Of a stretch of 64,000 nt of DNA, positions 43,259 through 57,157 are shown one piece after another. This DNA is from Antedon mediterranea (lineage: Eukaryota > Animalia > Echinodermata). A program made the translations under genes and the position numbers. Numbering within the stretch: position 1 is the stretch's first letter; each line of letters starts with the position of its first letter. The notes below the pieces were generated by a model, which did not search any database, had not been told where the DNA came from, and saw nothing but the letters and a program-made list of their open reading frames with translations. Location of the stretch: assembly GCF_964355755.1 (NCBI RefSeq), contig NC_092679.1, positions 23,977,432-24,041,431 of the forward strand. The letters are read 5' to 3'.

Positions 43259-44717
43259 TATATCTCAGTAGAACGAGTGGTTGTCGATATTCAATATTAT
43301 TTTAATTGTTATCGGCTGACTATAGTTGTTTCTAATACAATTTGTATAGATGGTAGTTGGTTGCCTGTTAATTATCAAAATAGCTGATTTAATGTAATGT
43401 TTAATGTTTCAAAGATGTACAGAGAAATCAATGACTTCAAAATAATTATAAAAATGTATATGGAAGATTCGTGAATAAATTAATAAGGAAAATATGAAAT
43501 TTTGGTTCTAGTTTATTTATTTTAATTTATCCAATGTTCTACCATATACAATACAAAGAAGAAAAAACAAATATAAAAGGCAAGTAAAGATCAAACAGGT
43601 GCTAAACACCTATGCTAGTTGGTCAACCCAGAACAGAGCACAACAAATAAACCAAAACAAATTACGTTCTACAATTAAAGCATCTACAAGAAAGCGACCA
43701 ACTACACATATTTTCAATATCAAAATTATGTATTATAATGTATTGAGATAATTTCTACTTTTATCTTTCATTTTTCCCCATTACACGTTTGTTATGCGAT
43801 CTTTGGCCTAGTCTAAAAGTAAAATTTACCAAACTCTCAGTTTACTACTGATTGGATAATATAAGTTACAACTGCAGTCTCTTTCATTTGATTGGCTGAT
43901 AAGTTCACAAACAACAGCTAATTAGTTTGCAATAAACTTCTGCAAACTTATTTTTGTGCAGTTACACTAGCAAACCAAGCCACATTCACTATTTGCTGTG
44001 CAGTTACACTAGCAAACCAAGCCACATTCAGTATTTGCTTAATTGAAACGAATTCGTTTTATAGTAGTATTTATCCCCATAAATATCTGTCCGTTTTATT
44101 TATTTGAGAATTGATGTTCACTAAAATTTAAACAACGAATTGATACTATTGATATAATAGTTTGCGGTATACCACGTATATTATTAGTTCTGAAAAGAAC
44201 TGTTGAGTTTCTCGACGTTTTGATCAATATGCTTTGATCGTCCTTAGGAGTAAGAATTGATACTCTGTATACCTATATTCGTACAACAAAAGCATGTGGC
44301 CAACATAGGGGATGACATTACCGTGGTATTATGAAAATTAATTATCCAATTTTATATCAAATAATGTCAAACTTAACCGAGAAACTTTTAATTCGATTCA
44401 ACGATATTTCAAAATAATGTAAAATTATTCATTTGTCCTAACGATAACATAAAGCCGTATAATGAAGCCATAAGTGTGTCGTCATTACAACATTCGAGGG
44501 CGCCTAACATGATTATGTTTTCATATAGATTAGTCTGGCAGTCGTGGGTTTGTAATCAACGTCTCGTTGGGGATTTTAATCCATCATGTCCAGTATTTTA
44601 ATAGTATTTCATGTGATATATAATATTCTTCGCTGAGATGCGGCTACACAATGCCATAGGCCTACCATGGCGGATATTCACTAGAGGACGCAACGCAAGA
44701 ACGTACATGCAACGTAA

Positions 44718-44855
44718 AGCTTGGTTCCCACTAGCAACGCAAGGACGTAACGCAACGCAAGTGAATTGACCAATCACATAACTATAACTTCGCTTGTCAT
44801 TGGTTAAAACGCTTGCGTTGCGTTTACGTCCTTGCGTTCTAGTGGGAACCAAGCC
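44718..44855. mobile_element. MITE family B (PIF/Harbinger-like) with TAA target duplication; other copies at 59390-59533 and 40515-40558 (partial)
   Basis: TIRs GCTTGGTTCCCACTAG / CTAGTGGGAACCAAGC with TAA on both sides. Confidence 0.82.
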
Positions 44856-45817
44856 TAAATGATTTTACTAATCACAAGCGACAGTTCCGATGATCCACTG
44901 CGTCGTGATTGGTCAAATCACTTGCCTTGCGCTTATGTCCTATATTTAAAATTACAATACTAAATACCTACTCAGTGGTTATCTTTTATATTTAATCATT
45001 CATATAAGTAAAATAATTATGCAGAAATGATATATGGACATTATAATATGTTTAATGAAACGCCCTCTTTGTATTCTTCTATTATTATAATTAGAACGAC
45101 GTCGGCAGCAGACGACTGACAATTGGTTTTACGACTTATGTGCTATTGTAGTCTATATTTGTGATTTGATGGCAAAGTGAATTATAATCGCCTCTATACA
45201 AGTCGTAAATATATATATTACCATCTTACATAATAGATATGAATAAATACAAAAGAATGGTCAATAATAATATGTATATAAATTCTTTCTGGTGAAATCC
45301 CAAGTATTATTCCGAGAAAGGGTTTTAATCTCAAATAATTTGAAGCATTTTTTTTGTTTTATTTTACAGTATAAATATATTATTTTTAACGAATTTTAAG
45401 CGAGATTATACAGCTTGTAACGTAATACCTGTGCTTTTCGGTCTATTTCCATAACAATGTAATATTACAGTATTTCAAAATAGAAAAATCAATCTGGAGT
45501 TCTACTTATTATCACCTAATCATGACTTATTAATTCAGTTAATGGTTATGTAGTGATGAGCTGGTCAAGTCTCGGTTCATCAGCACACGCTATCGACCCA
45601 TGTGAGCTGTCGTGTTATGTGATAAGCAGATACCCGATAGTCCCATGTGATATAACGGAGCCATAAAGGCAATCAGATGATATCTACTACATCCCATCCT
45701 CAACTCTATTCAAGATTTTAAATTCATCAACATGTAACTTGATCCACTAGTATCCGTTTAATAATTTCATAACATTCATAATACCCACGCAAAGAGACAA
45801 AATGTTGTTGCGTACTT

Positions 45818-45936
45818 ATTTTATCAGCGTTTAAACGCGCGCGTAACGTTTCATCACCGCTTAAACGCGCGCGTACAATTTCATCAACGATAAAACGTGC
45901 GCGTACCATTTTCATCAACGATCAAACGCGCGCGTA
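45818..45936. repeat. About 30-bp tandem repeat, 4 copies, with a CGCGCGCG core
   Basis: TTTCATCAACGATAAAACGCGCGCGTAC-like units. Confidence 0.8.
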
Positions 45937-48900
45937 TTGTTGTAATGTCACTGAAGATTTTGAGAAATAGATATGCGGTAGATGTTACATAGGATAATCC
46001 ACAAGTCCATTATTAATCAACAATAACAATCTTTCAAAACATCTACGCTATCTTTGTTCAATTATAATCATTTTATACTGTGTTCAGAGTTTAAAGAAAT
46101 TAATTTCTTGGTATTAGTGATTTATTGAATTTGTAATAAGCCGTAGAGGCGGCGTATTATTATCTTGTCGTGTTTACGTTATCATAAGTCTAGTGTACAA
46201 TGAGCTGAGCTATGAATGGCGTGTAATATCTATATTGATGATCAGAAAGCTTACTCGACGGTCCGTAATAGGCATTATACATTGCTACTCGTGGGCCCCT
46301 CGGGATCTAACCGACTTTACAATCTAATTGATAGATCAATTGAAATGAATGAGGGGTAGCGCAGCATAGTAGCCCGCGGATATTAACGTATACTATCAAA
46401 TGCTGCAATATGTATTAGTAACCAGCTTTGTGACAATAAAATCATGTAAGATTGATGCTATTCATAACGTGTATGTAAACGAAAGCTTATTGCTTGTTAC
46501 CGTATGTTGTATACGAGATGTATTTAATTTAATCAACAACAGATCGTTAAAAAAGTGTGTTCTTATTTAATGTTTTGTATTTTGGTGTTTTTTTTTCAAT
46601 AATTTTGTTTGTATAGTTTTTATGGTATTAAAAAGAAAGGCATATGTCATCTCTTTCTCTACATAAATGTTATTAATGAAGATGGTGATGAAGAGAATGA
46701 TTATATGTATTTTTATATGCAAATGACATTAAATGAAAGTAATTTTCCACTAATGAATGAATGATGAAATAATGATGATTGTAAGGATATATGAAAGCTA
46801 CCGAGGAAGCAGATGATTTGAAGATAATAATAATGATTATTATGATTATGATGATGATGATAATGATGATGATGATGACGACATATCAAAAGTATTATAT
46901 ATTAATAAGAATATTATTATTATTGATATTTGAATTTCTCATAGCATGGAGCAACAAATGCTCATAGTCCGTTACGAAACCAGATCGAATTATTTGATGG
47001 CTTTAGACACATTGTTGATATGTCTAATATCAGCTATCCGCTTTTAATATTAACTTTACAGTTAAGAGAGTTGATACTTAATTATCATTTAAATATGTAT
47101 AGAAATTCAACAAGTGGAGCGTAAGACATTTCAGAAATCTAAACCACCAATTAAGAACAATCTTTTTATATCCCTTCGCTCGTACATCAACAAGGATGAA
47201 CAAGACAAATGGAACAACTTCCGCGGCATAGTTACCAATAAAATATTAATTGCACGATAAAGCATTGTATCAATATCTTAATATGATATCTACATAGATA
47301 CGCAACCACGCGTTGAAGACTGTCATATCAATTAGACCCATGATAATACGCTCGTCGTCCGACAATGATCAGTAGTAGCGAAAAATGAATTGATCGCGCT
47401 ACCATTGTTTGCCGAAGTGCTCTGTCTCCTGCCCGCGTCTGCGTAATGCTCGCGTCCGTCTGCGTAATGGACTAACTTAATCGTACTGCAGGCATACCGA
47501 GACAGGATGATCAAAAGGATTTATTATTATTAATCTCATTAATTATGCATAGCTTTGCATTATTAATGGTTGTGAAAGATGGTAAAAATGAGAAAGGTAT
47601 TATCACCGTTCTTAAGCAATGGATTTGGTAAATCACATGGGAGCCGTTAACACGGCGTGTTGAGTCCAATTGTCGATGTAGTTAGCTCTGCCATATGCTG
47701 TTTTGTACTGTTACGCAAGTAAATTTGTAAACATTATACATTTAAGAAACAATAACATTTTTAAGACGCTGATATTGATAAAGCGTTCATGCGTACAATT
47801 AAACCTTATTATTAAGTTCTGTAGGCCTACAGTGTACTTTTAAAATTAATATTTGGCCTTTGCATGATTTGCATGTAGTAGTGCAAGTATTTTTAAATAC
47901 TAAAAAATAATTTCTGAATAAAACTTGTCAACTACGTAAACCTTAACAAGGATATAATTAGGAGTTTTCAGGAGGAATAAACGCCTTTCACAATTTATTA
48001 CCCATAATACATATACATATAGCGCCACCATTTTTCAAAATATAAAAAAACACAGGTGATCATTATTTAAAAATGTTACCGCGTAAAATAAATGGCGTTT
48101 TCTTTACGTGGGCTGACGGTGTGACGTGCAAGAACGTAGGAAATAGCGTACATAAACACAGATCACAGATGCTGAATAGTGGAGCTTGACAACAAAGTAA
48201 GCGTAAGTAAAATGGGCCTAAGTCTTGCTAAACTAGGCTAGACCTCAAAGGTGTGCATCGCCACCAGTACCACTGACTGTAGGCCTACTACTACTAGTAC
48301 GGGCCATCTACTTACTAACAGAGGTGGCCAAGGTAGTCGAACTTTCTATAAAGGGCTGCAAGTCTAGACCCATGCCTATAGCCCATAAACATTTCTTTAA
48401 TTCAAAATTCATATTCAAAGCCATATGGTGTCGTGGTTTCGATCGTTTTGATATGCCTATATTTATTATAACTTAAAAATCTTGCAGGTAAGGTTCATGC
48501 CACCAAGTTTTGAGCATGCATTCACTCACTTGGTGCGTGGCCATTTGTTAAAAGTCAAAGCTTAAAAATGACGTCATGCGCTCTGTATCGAATTCGAATA
48601 TCAGAGTTCTGAAAACTTAACAACAGTGCAAGGCCCATGGCGTATGCACATGCGCATATTGATATTTTGTTCATAATTCATATTCGAAATCTCATATTGT
48701 GACGACTGCGCTTATCTGCAAATTCTGCGCGAAGTAACGAAAGTGACTGACCAATCATAGCCATGCATCTGACGTTTTATATCTGAAGACGTTTTCAATA
48801 ACGCCGCAATGTGGTATACAGTTCGTTTAAAAAGTGCGCCCTCAAATGTTGTGTACAATTGCATGTAAGCGTCATAATAATTATGATTTAGTTGTCACAT

Positions 48901-51900
48901 GACCATATTTCATAAACCACAGTGAAAATGATGACATGGCCTAGAATCGCTAAGTTCAATGACCGGTGGTTTGACGACGACGATCATTTAGATGTAATTA
49001 CATAGACAGGCGCTGTGTTGTAGCAATAAAACGACAATTGCGACGAAAAAGTACTGCATGTTAAATGTTTGAATCTTATTGCAGTTTTGACTTTTGATCT
49101 ACACATAAGTTCAACAATATGATATGCCTTTCGTAATATTGCATCATGGGAAGGGTTTAGGTGTTCAAATGTTGTTTACCTTAGAACATATATATGTGCT
49201 CATTAAAAAGTATAGATGTATATAATGTTGTGGTTTCATTTATTCCTTTTTTCGTCAACTTTAGTAGGCCTATTGCGTTTAAGCAAATGTAACTTTTGCT
49301 GTTCCTCCACAAACCTCTAAAAAACTATATTTCCTAGTACCTATGTAGAAAGATTAAAAATAGATAAAACGGAACTTCTTCCAGCGTCCATTTGATCTAT
49401 TTGTCCTTAAAGATTCAAGAAATGTTATTGGTCTACTTAAAATTGAAACTAATTTTTCTTGACATACTTAAGACAATAAAAGAAAAATACATCAAATTGC
49501 AACAAAAAAAACGGTATTAGTAAATGTTAAAATACTGCAACATCGGTTTTACTACAGAAGTTATAATTTTAAACCATGCCGTGTGCTGTATACAATAGGC
49601 CTATAGGCATTTTGTAAGATCCACCGCTAGTTTTAGATACGTCACAGATGGTAATTAATTGTAATCTGTAAAATATGCAACACGAACCACTTTGAACATT
49701 TCTGTAGTCGACCCATTACACCTGACACTAGGCCTAGATGGTCAAGCGGTAATATATCCAAACAGAAAGCCTGCAAACCCCTGGGGACATCGCCTAATGA
49801 CGACACTACGGATCGAAAGAGTCTTTTAATTATTGTAATCATAATTAGTAATAATCTTTAAGACACAAAATGGATTGTAGGTTCCGTGTTAATAAGTGTC
49901 GTATCAAGTCTGTCCTCGGAATTATCAAGATCTCTTCCTCGGGCATCATGCTTTTGGGTAAACTTGATGAATTTATTTCCTTGGTTTTCACAGGGGAAGA
50001 TGGAATCTTACATGGTTTCTCCGTGTATGAATATAGATACCGGATATCTGAGAAATAATTTTGCAACATAACTCATAATTAACATTAACAGATTTAATAG
50101 ACTATATTGTTTTTATATGAATATTACAGTATTTTAATATATTTTATAGTTCCCGTGCACACCATTATGCCTATGTCAGATCGCTTTTAAGTCCCAAAAT
50201 AGTAATAGGTTTAAATTAGGAGACGGACCTGTGTTTGTAATTGGTGGTTCAATATCCCTCACAGCAAATAGTTTTAATTTTACCATGTTTAGACCTAATT
50301 CTTGTTTTTTTTTTCATGTTTTGCGGTTAACCACGGCCCCCATTATTCATTCAATCTTTCATAAATATTTTATGCCCTACAGTACTTGTATAATTAGACT
50401 TCATTTCATATGTTACATTTCCGTTTTCTACCTTTTTCGTTATTTTCTGATTTTATACGCCACGCCTCTATTTTTAACCTTGACACAAAGTGTTATCATG
50501 AGAGTAACATATTAGGGCTGTATAATCATATGTAAAATAAGGTATACAATGTTTCTTTTAAGAAATAACTGTCTAACGTAGTTCATAAAATTACTTTGAT
50601 AATTTGTTTTTGGTACCGAGATATAAAATACTAAAATCCAGTTTTATTTAGTCTGTCTGACCATAATGGTAACGCCCTCTGTGCCGTATATTGTTGCCCA
50701 TACTTTTTCACACAATTTTTAAAATAATTTTTATGGTACAAAAATATTTTATTGTTTTGAAAGTGCAACGTACGCAAACAAACTAAAAGCAAATAAAGAT
50801 TTATTTCATCAATGACCTTGTCGCTCATTTGTATATCTATTTTGTTAGTCAAATAAAATAGTATTCTGATTTACTAGTAAGGTTTCCCTTTTATACTCAA
50901 AACTAATTGTTCAAAATTAATTAAAGCCCTACTAATAAATCAATATATTTTTATTGTAAAGAAAGCTGGGCGTTTGCATTTATTTTCTGTTTGTTTCTGT
51001 AAAATATTGACTTTATATATAAGTAAAACGAAAATGTTAAATAGTGAAATAAAATGTATGATTAGGCCTAAGCCTATTAATTTCAGAATTGTATATACTA
51101 TTGTTGGCGGGTCGTGATTTTTTTTTTCGTACATAAATTGGGGACACATGTGAAAGATAGCTGGCGGGTCCGGCATGAAGTTCTTCTAAAAAGTGTATAA
51201 AATGTGTCGATTTAACGGTACATCAACATTTTTCAGAATTCAGAATGTATTTCTGTGATATAAAAAAAGAATAAGGGATATTATTACTTATTACTTACGT
51301 ATTTTTATTGTATGATCGTAAATACCACTTTTATTCATATTAATATCATCTTTCATGTCATCACCATAAAATCATATTATTTTCATTATTATCTCATTTT
51401 TGTTAATTTCCAATGTCATTACCATTTGATCAACTTCATCGGTGACATTTTTTTAATCTTTTAAATTCACTTTGTATTCCATATTACCCCTTTTGTTCAG
51501 TATGTGTTTATTATGTTGGTTTTCTAGAACAATCAATCATTCTATTGTTTAAAATAATAGGATTCACAGTAACATGATAATACATAATAAAGAACCCGTC
51601 AAATAGAAGATATGGTGACCACTTTTAATATTCCTTGTAACATGTATTGATTATAATTCGATGCATTCGGAAGAACTGTACTAATGTTCTATATTAGGGC
51701 CTATAGTTCGTAATTGCCATCTAAAGGAGGCCGGTATCAAATGTAAGAAAACAATGCAATCCCTCGATACGTCTCTATCATCAGATTGTCAGATACTGAA
51801 CTCGGATTTCATTGCATTTTAAATAACAATAATTGCATCATAGCAAGTCATTGATTTTGATAAGACAACGTTTTTCTTTAACTCATCTTGCTAATTGAGC

Positions 51901-54900
51901 GTGCGAAATCAGAGCTTACTGCTGCTTGGCGCGAGAAAGACTTTTCCTAATTATCGTGTGACTCGTAAGCTTAGGCAGGAGTGATTGTAGGCTTAGCGAC
52001 AAAATATTGATACGCGGAAAGTAACTGCATGATGAGAGTTAAGCCGAATTGATGTGGCAACTGCAGGCTCATGCAAGTGTTTGTATAACCTGAATTAAGA
52101 AACAAAGTAGTTTGCTTGATCCAGAAATGACCAAATTAAAATAAATAAAACACTGGAAAGGAATAACAAAGAATTTATTTGTAAATTAAGTACACATAAT
52201 TTGTAACTTGTAATTAGGTCAAGATATAGGCCTAAGTATCGATCAATTAAATAATTAGGCCTATGACACAGTAATTAGCAAGATATATAGTTAGGGCTGA
52301 AATACTACAAGAAAAATCAACTATACCATACTTATCTAGAATTTTGTAATGTTTAGGTTAACCTGTAATTGGTGTTTTTATATTTGCATTTTGATGTCTT
52401 GATTTTTATTGTAATTCACCCTTTTCAGTTTTGTTACTGCTGTGGAAGATGTTTTAAACCATAATAAATAAATAAATAAAAAAGTAAGGAAGTGGTATGT
52501 TATTAGAAAAACATAATAAAAATTAAAATATATTTCAGGCATGTTTATAATAAACTGTAGACAATGAACGGCGATAGTACATTTCCTACAGAAACAAAAC
52601 AAAAACAAAATAGAAAAGTTGTCATCTTGTAACTATAGAATATTAATTGATCATGACGTAATTTGATTGAACATGTGATGTAATTATTTTCATCGACGAC
52701 TGGATAAATGGTTATCTTTTACCGGTAGTTCTAGAATGGTAATTTTCGGAATCCGTCAGTTTTCTGTAAGTTAAGATATTCGATACCTTTTTATCATATG
52801 GTGAAATATTTCCGAAAAACAGAGTCAGTCCTCTTTGGGCCTTTTTGGGGGGAGGGGGGGGGGGGGGGTTGGTGATGATGAAAGGGGAAAATTGGAAAGG
52901 AGAGGGGAACGTGAAAATCGATAGATATCTTTGCTCTCTACTGTATACCATATCAGGGACGACAACCACATTAAAGAAGCTATATATATATTAATCATTA
53001 TTGTTGTATTTATAAACTCAATCTTAAGATCGATTATCGTTAACGTTCTTTATTTCAATATACTTTATTTTATTTTGTCGGTGATTTCAGTTAAAAGTGT
53101 TCTTAAATATACAATCATCCAGACCTCCTCCAACTTAAATATTCGCTCGACATACCTTGATTTTAATGGATGTAATAAGTTCGATTATTATTCGTTCGCC
53201 TTCAATTTTCTATGGAAAGCATTATAGGAGTATTGTAATTTTATTAGGCGCCGTGTTGAAGAGTATGTCCTTGGTACGCAAGCATTACTAGACATCGCGC
53301 CGCATTCAAAAGACACTTGAAATGTATTTTAAAAATCAGTATTCGTCGTCGCTAACCGAATCAACATCGTCATTGACCTTCGAGCTGTGAAATTATGTCC
53401 GCACAAAAAGGAGGTTATGTACAATGGAACGAGTCAAGATTCTCCGCCGCTCCATCGTTTAGCAGATAATAAGCGTTTTTTCATAATCCGTTGAAGGCAA
53501 TAACGTCTTGAATGACAGCAACAAATTTGATGTACAAATCGGCGAGTAATTCGCGTGTATGGCTAAACTAATAATGGGTGTACGTAATTTACGCTAGCGG
53601 GACTTATAATAATCCAATGGCAGCTTATGCAGTGTAATTTACTTATAAAGAACAATAAAAATAAGCGACATATCTATGCTTTAAAGAATTCCACATGGCC
53701 TACTCGCTTAGTATGGCATAAGAATACAATATTGTAAACATGTTTATTAGATATTAAATTTAAGAGAAAACAAATATGTTTTTCGATCCAACTTTTGATC
53801 TAAGAGAACGTATTAAAAAATTATGTCCAAACTTTTTTTCTAGGGGACAATAAACCTTTATAACTTTGATATTTTGTTTAGTCGCGTTGGAGAGTACAGT
53901 ACAATGAATCAAAACAATAGTAGAGTTTATAAATACAAACTTTACAATAGAACACACTAATAACAAAGTAAAACGATATTTACAAATAATAAAAGATGTC
54001 AGATGTTTATTTTAATTTCCCGTGATTTGCATCTATGCAACTCCAATAAATTGTAGGCCTATAAATTCAGTCCGACAGACATAACAGATGGTCTGTCCCA
54101 TGAATCGAATCATGGATATTATTTGAATATACCCACTGACTCTCGATCTTTTTAGAAAGTACATAGTGTATATAAAAGTCACAATATATTGGAATTTAAC
54201 AACAATAATTGTTAAACATTTCTCCTCGTGATGGCATGTTGAGATACTAAATGAACTTGCAGGTACTTTGGGCCTATTTACTGCATCCCAGTGGGCCATT
54301 AAGTGCAATAATTAGAAATAGGCCTACAAAGAGTTCGGCTTACTAATACAAAATAAGTGATCTTTGCTTTGGGGGATCTGTTTTATATTATCAGATTAAT
54401 TAAATCATTACATTTTAAACAAATAAATAAGTCATGGTTATTAAATAATAATTAATATGCTTGTATTTGATTAAAAAAAAAGAATTTTTAATGTACAAAA
54501 TTAATTTGTTTTAATAATTGATATTCAGAAATGTAAAGGGTTTATTTTAAAAGGGTGTACTGTCATGCGCGTATTAAAGAATCAGTATAAGATTTGTTAT
54601 AATATAAATTTATTATACATTTCATCTTGTGATTCCTATTCAGTGGGTGGCAGAATCGGTTATTGTTATAAAATCACAACCTGTTGAATTCAATATAAAT
54701 CATTTGACTTAATAACTGTACGGGTATAATGTTGCTATCGAATGTCGTGCCAGTTAAATGTTACAGTTAGCATATATCTATCATTATGTGGCATAAATTA
54801 TTCATGCCAAATATAATCTGCAATTGATTTATTATAGTCCCGCTTACATAAGGTTTTAGCCTCAGCATGTTTCTAACTACTAAAATAAATGTGTTTCTTT

Positions 54901-57065
54901 TTAGTTGTTGATTTAAATGATTTGTTTCGTTTGTTGTAGAAAAATAATCATTCAATATTCAAACCTTTGTTTATAACTTTTTAACGATGTTAATGTTTAT
55001 GATTGATCAAAAACCCGATTAATGATTTGTATTTGTCCTCCTTGTTTGTAGTATTTCCTCCATCGTAGTATGTGGTTTCCATTAACTGTTGCTATTTATT
55101 CGTTAGCTCCATCATGGAGGTATCCTCCATGGCTCCATTCTGACAAGTGGTTGTACGATATCAGGCAAGAAGAGTGAAATTACATTAATTTCACTCTTGT
55201 ATGATTTGAACCACTTCCAATGAGAACGAGTTAAGTGACAGTTGCTGTTAATTAACTTGATTATATTTCTCATTAGAGTGTCATTCTTCAAAAACAATAT
55301 CATTTAGTTCCGCTATATAAAACGTGTCATTCTTCACAATCCAATGTATTAAACGCTATTGGAAATCACAGCTTTTAACTGCGTTTCTTCATTAAAATTG
55401 ACACTAACGTACATACTCGAATTTCACGCTCGCATTCTAAACTATGAACGCTCTGTCTTTTAGGCTTTGTTCCTATAAACAATAGAGTTCGATTAATCGA
55501 TATTCTATGAAATGCCCGCACTGGACTGGTGCGTGCATTGCTATGTGCGGCGGTTACTCAATTTGATCTTCCTTTGTCCGAATGTAAACAAGAATAATCT
55601 TCAATAATTTCGCAGTGTTGAGATTTTGAAAATGTCTATAGATTATGACAGGCGGCTAAAGCTCTTCAGTAAACACGTGAAATCTTCTATAATTTTGCAG
55701 TATTACTATTTTTTAAAACGTCGATAAGACAGGCAACAGTAGTTCTGCATAGAAAATGAATCAACAGATAAAAAATAAATTATTCTGATTGAGATAGGCC
55801 TATAGGTTGATGGAATGGTAGCTTGGTGGTTGAGATGCTCGGCTACCAATGCCCTGGATCAAAATCCCGTTAGATTTTTCTTTCTAATAACAAAAAACTA
55901 CTCCAACACTCAAATACTTTGTTTAGATTAGAGCATCTTTGATTTATGGATATTATTGGCTTCTTCCATTAATATGCCTACCGGTATATATTATATATTT
56001 TAAATAAAGACATAATTAGGCCTAAGGTGTTGATTTATGTGACCGGAGTACGTGAGTATATAAGCTCACAACTGTAACGAAATAAAATCAATTCATTTGA
56101 TTCAATGTGATCGTAAGTTATCGGAGTGCGTAAGGCCCTACAACGGAGGCCTACGGAATAAAATCAATGTATTGTTTCATTTTCAATAGTAACCGTAGCT
56201 TGTCAGCGTTCACTTAGCCCTTTGTTTGGTGTAAACAAACGCTTACAATCGCCCAGATTGTTGATTCGGAGGAGTCCTTTGTTCTAAACACCATCGTTAA
56301 TTTCTCGCTCATTTCAGCTCAATCGTTAGCGACTTAAAAGTTTATAGCGTGTCGTGCGAAGTGAAATAGCACTACGCGCTGTGAAGATGTATCCGTCCGT
56401 TCCCACGAGACACTTCAATCTCATCTGATAGTTTATCAATAACAAAATTAAAACTTCATGACACAGAATTTACTACGTAAGGTCAAACTTGAAAACAAAA
56501 ATTGTTTTAATCTCTTAAATTTTGCTCTCTATTGGCTATAAACAATATGTTGTTTAATTGTTTGAATTAATCAAAAAAGCTAAAGAGAGGTTTTTTTTTT
56601 GCTTTAGTATCAACATATATACAGACATGGTATTGTAGAAACTAAATCGTTTGGGTCAATCACTGCACAGATTCGTCTAAATCCATGTCATTAATACTCT
56701 TTTGTTGCAAGGTTCCTATCATCTATATTACATAAATAAAACAGAGTAAAAGTACGTTAAGTGATGCACAATGAGCACATGCTTAGTGCTAAGCTCAATA
56801 AAATGCCGTAATTGCTTCCTCCTCCTCGATTTCTCCGTGTAAATACCAATACACAAAATGTCTCAGTCTTGTATTTATCGAATAATCATGTTTGTATGAG
56901 GAAGACGCAAATATTTTTTCATATAAATAAATGTGGATGAATACTCATTAAAATGATTTCTATTTTGAACCGTAATTGGTGTGATGAAACTTGACAATAT
57001 TTGAGAAAATTGCTTTCAAATATTCATTCAATACACAGATATTAGGCAGGCCGAACATTACGGTT

Positions 57066-57157
57066 TACAATATAATCAATATACAATACAATACAATATA
57101 ATCAATACAATACAATACAATATAATCAATACAATACAATACAATACAATATAATCA
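57066..57157. repeat. (ATACA)n compound microsatellite
   Basis: Read directly from the sequence. Confidence 0.85.

Noticed and set aside
48928-48993. Short ORF MMTWPRIAKFNDRWFDDDDHLD as a first coding exon
   Set aside because: Weak donor, and no in-frame downstream exon could be found.
52847-52910. G-quadruplex at a poly-G run
   Set aside because: A simple homopolymer with no supporting context; its length may be unreliable.
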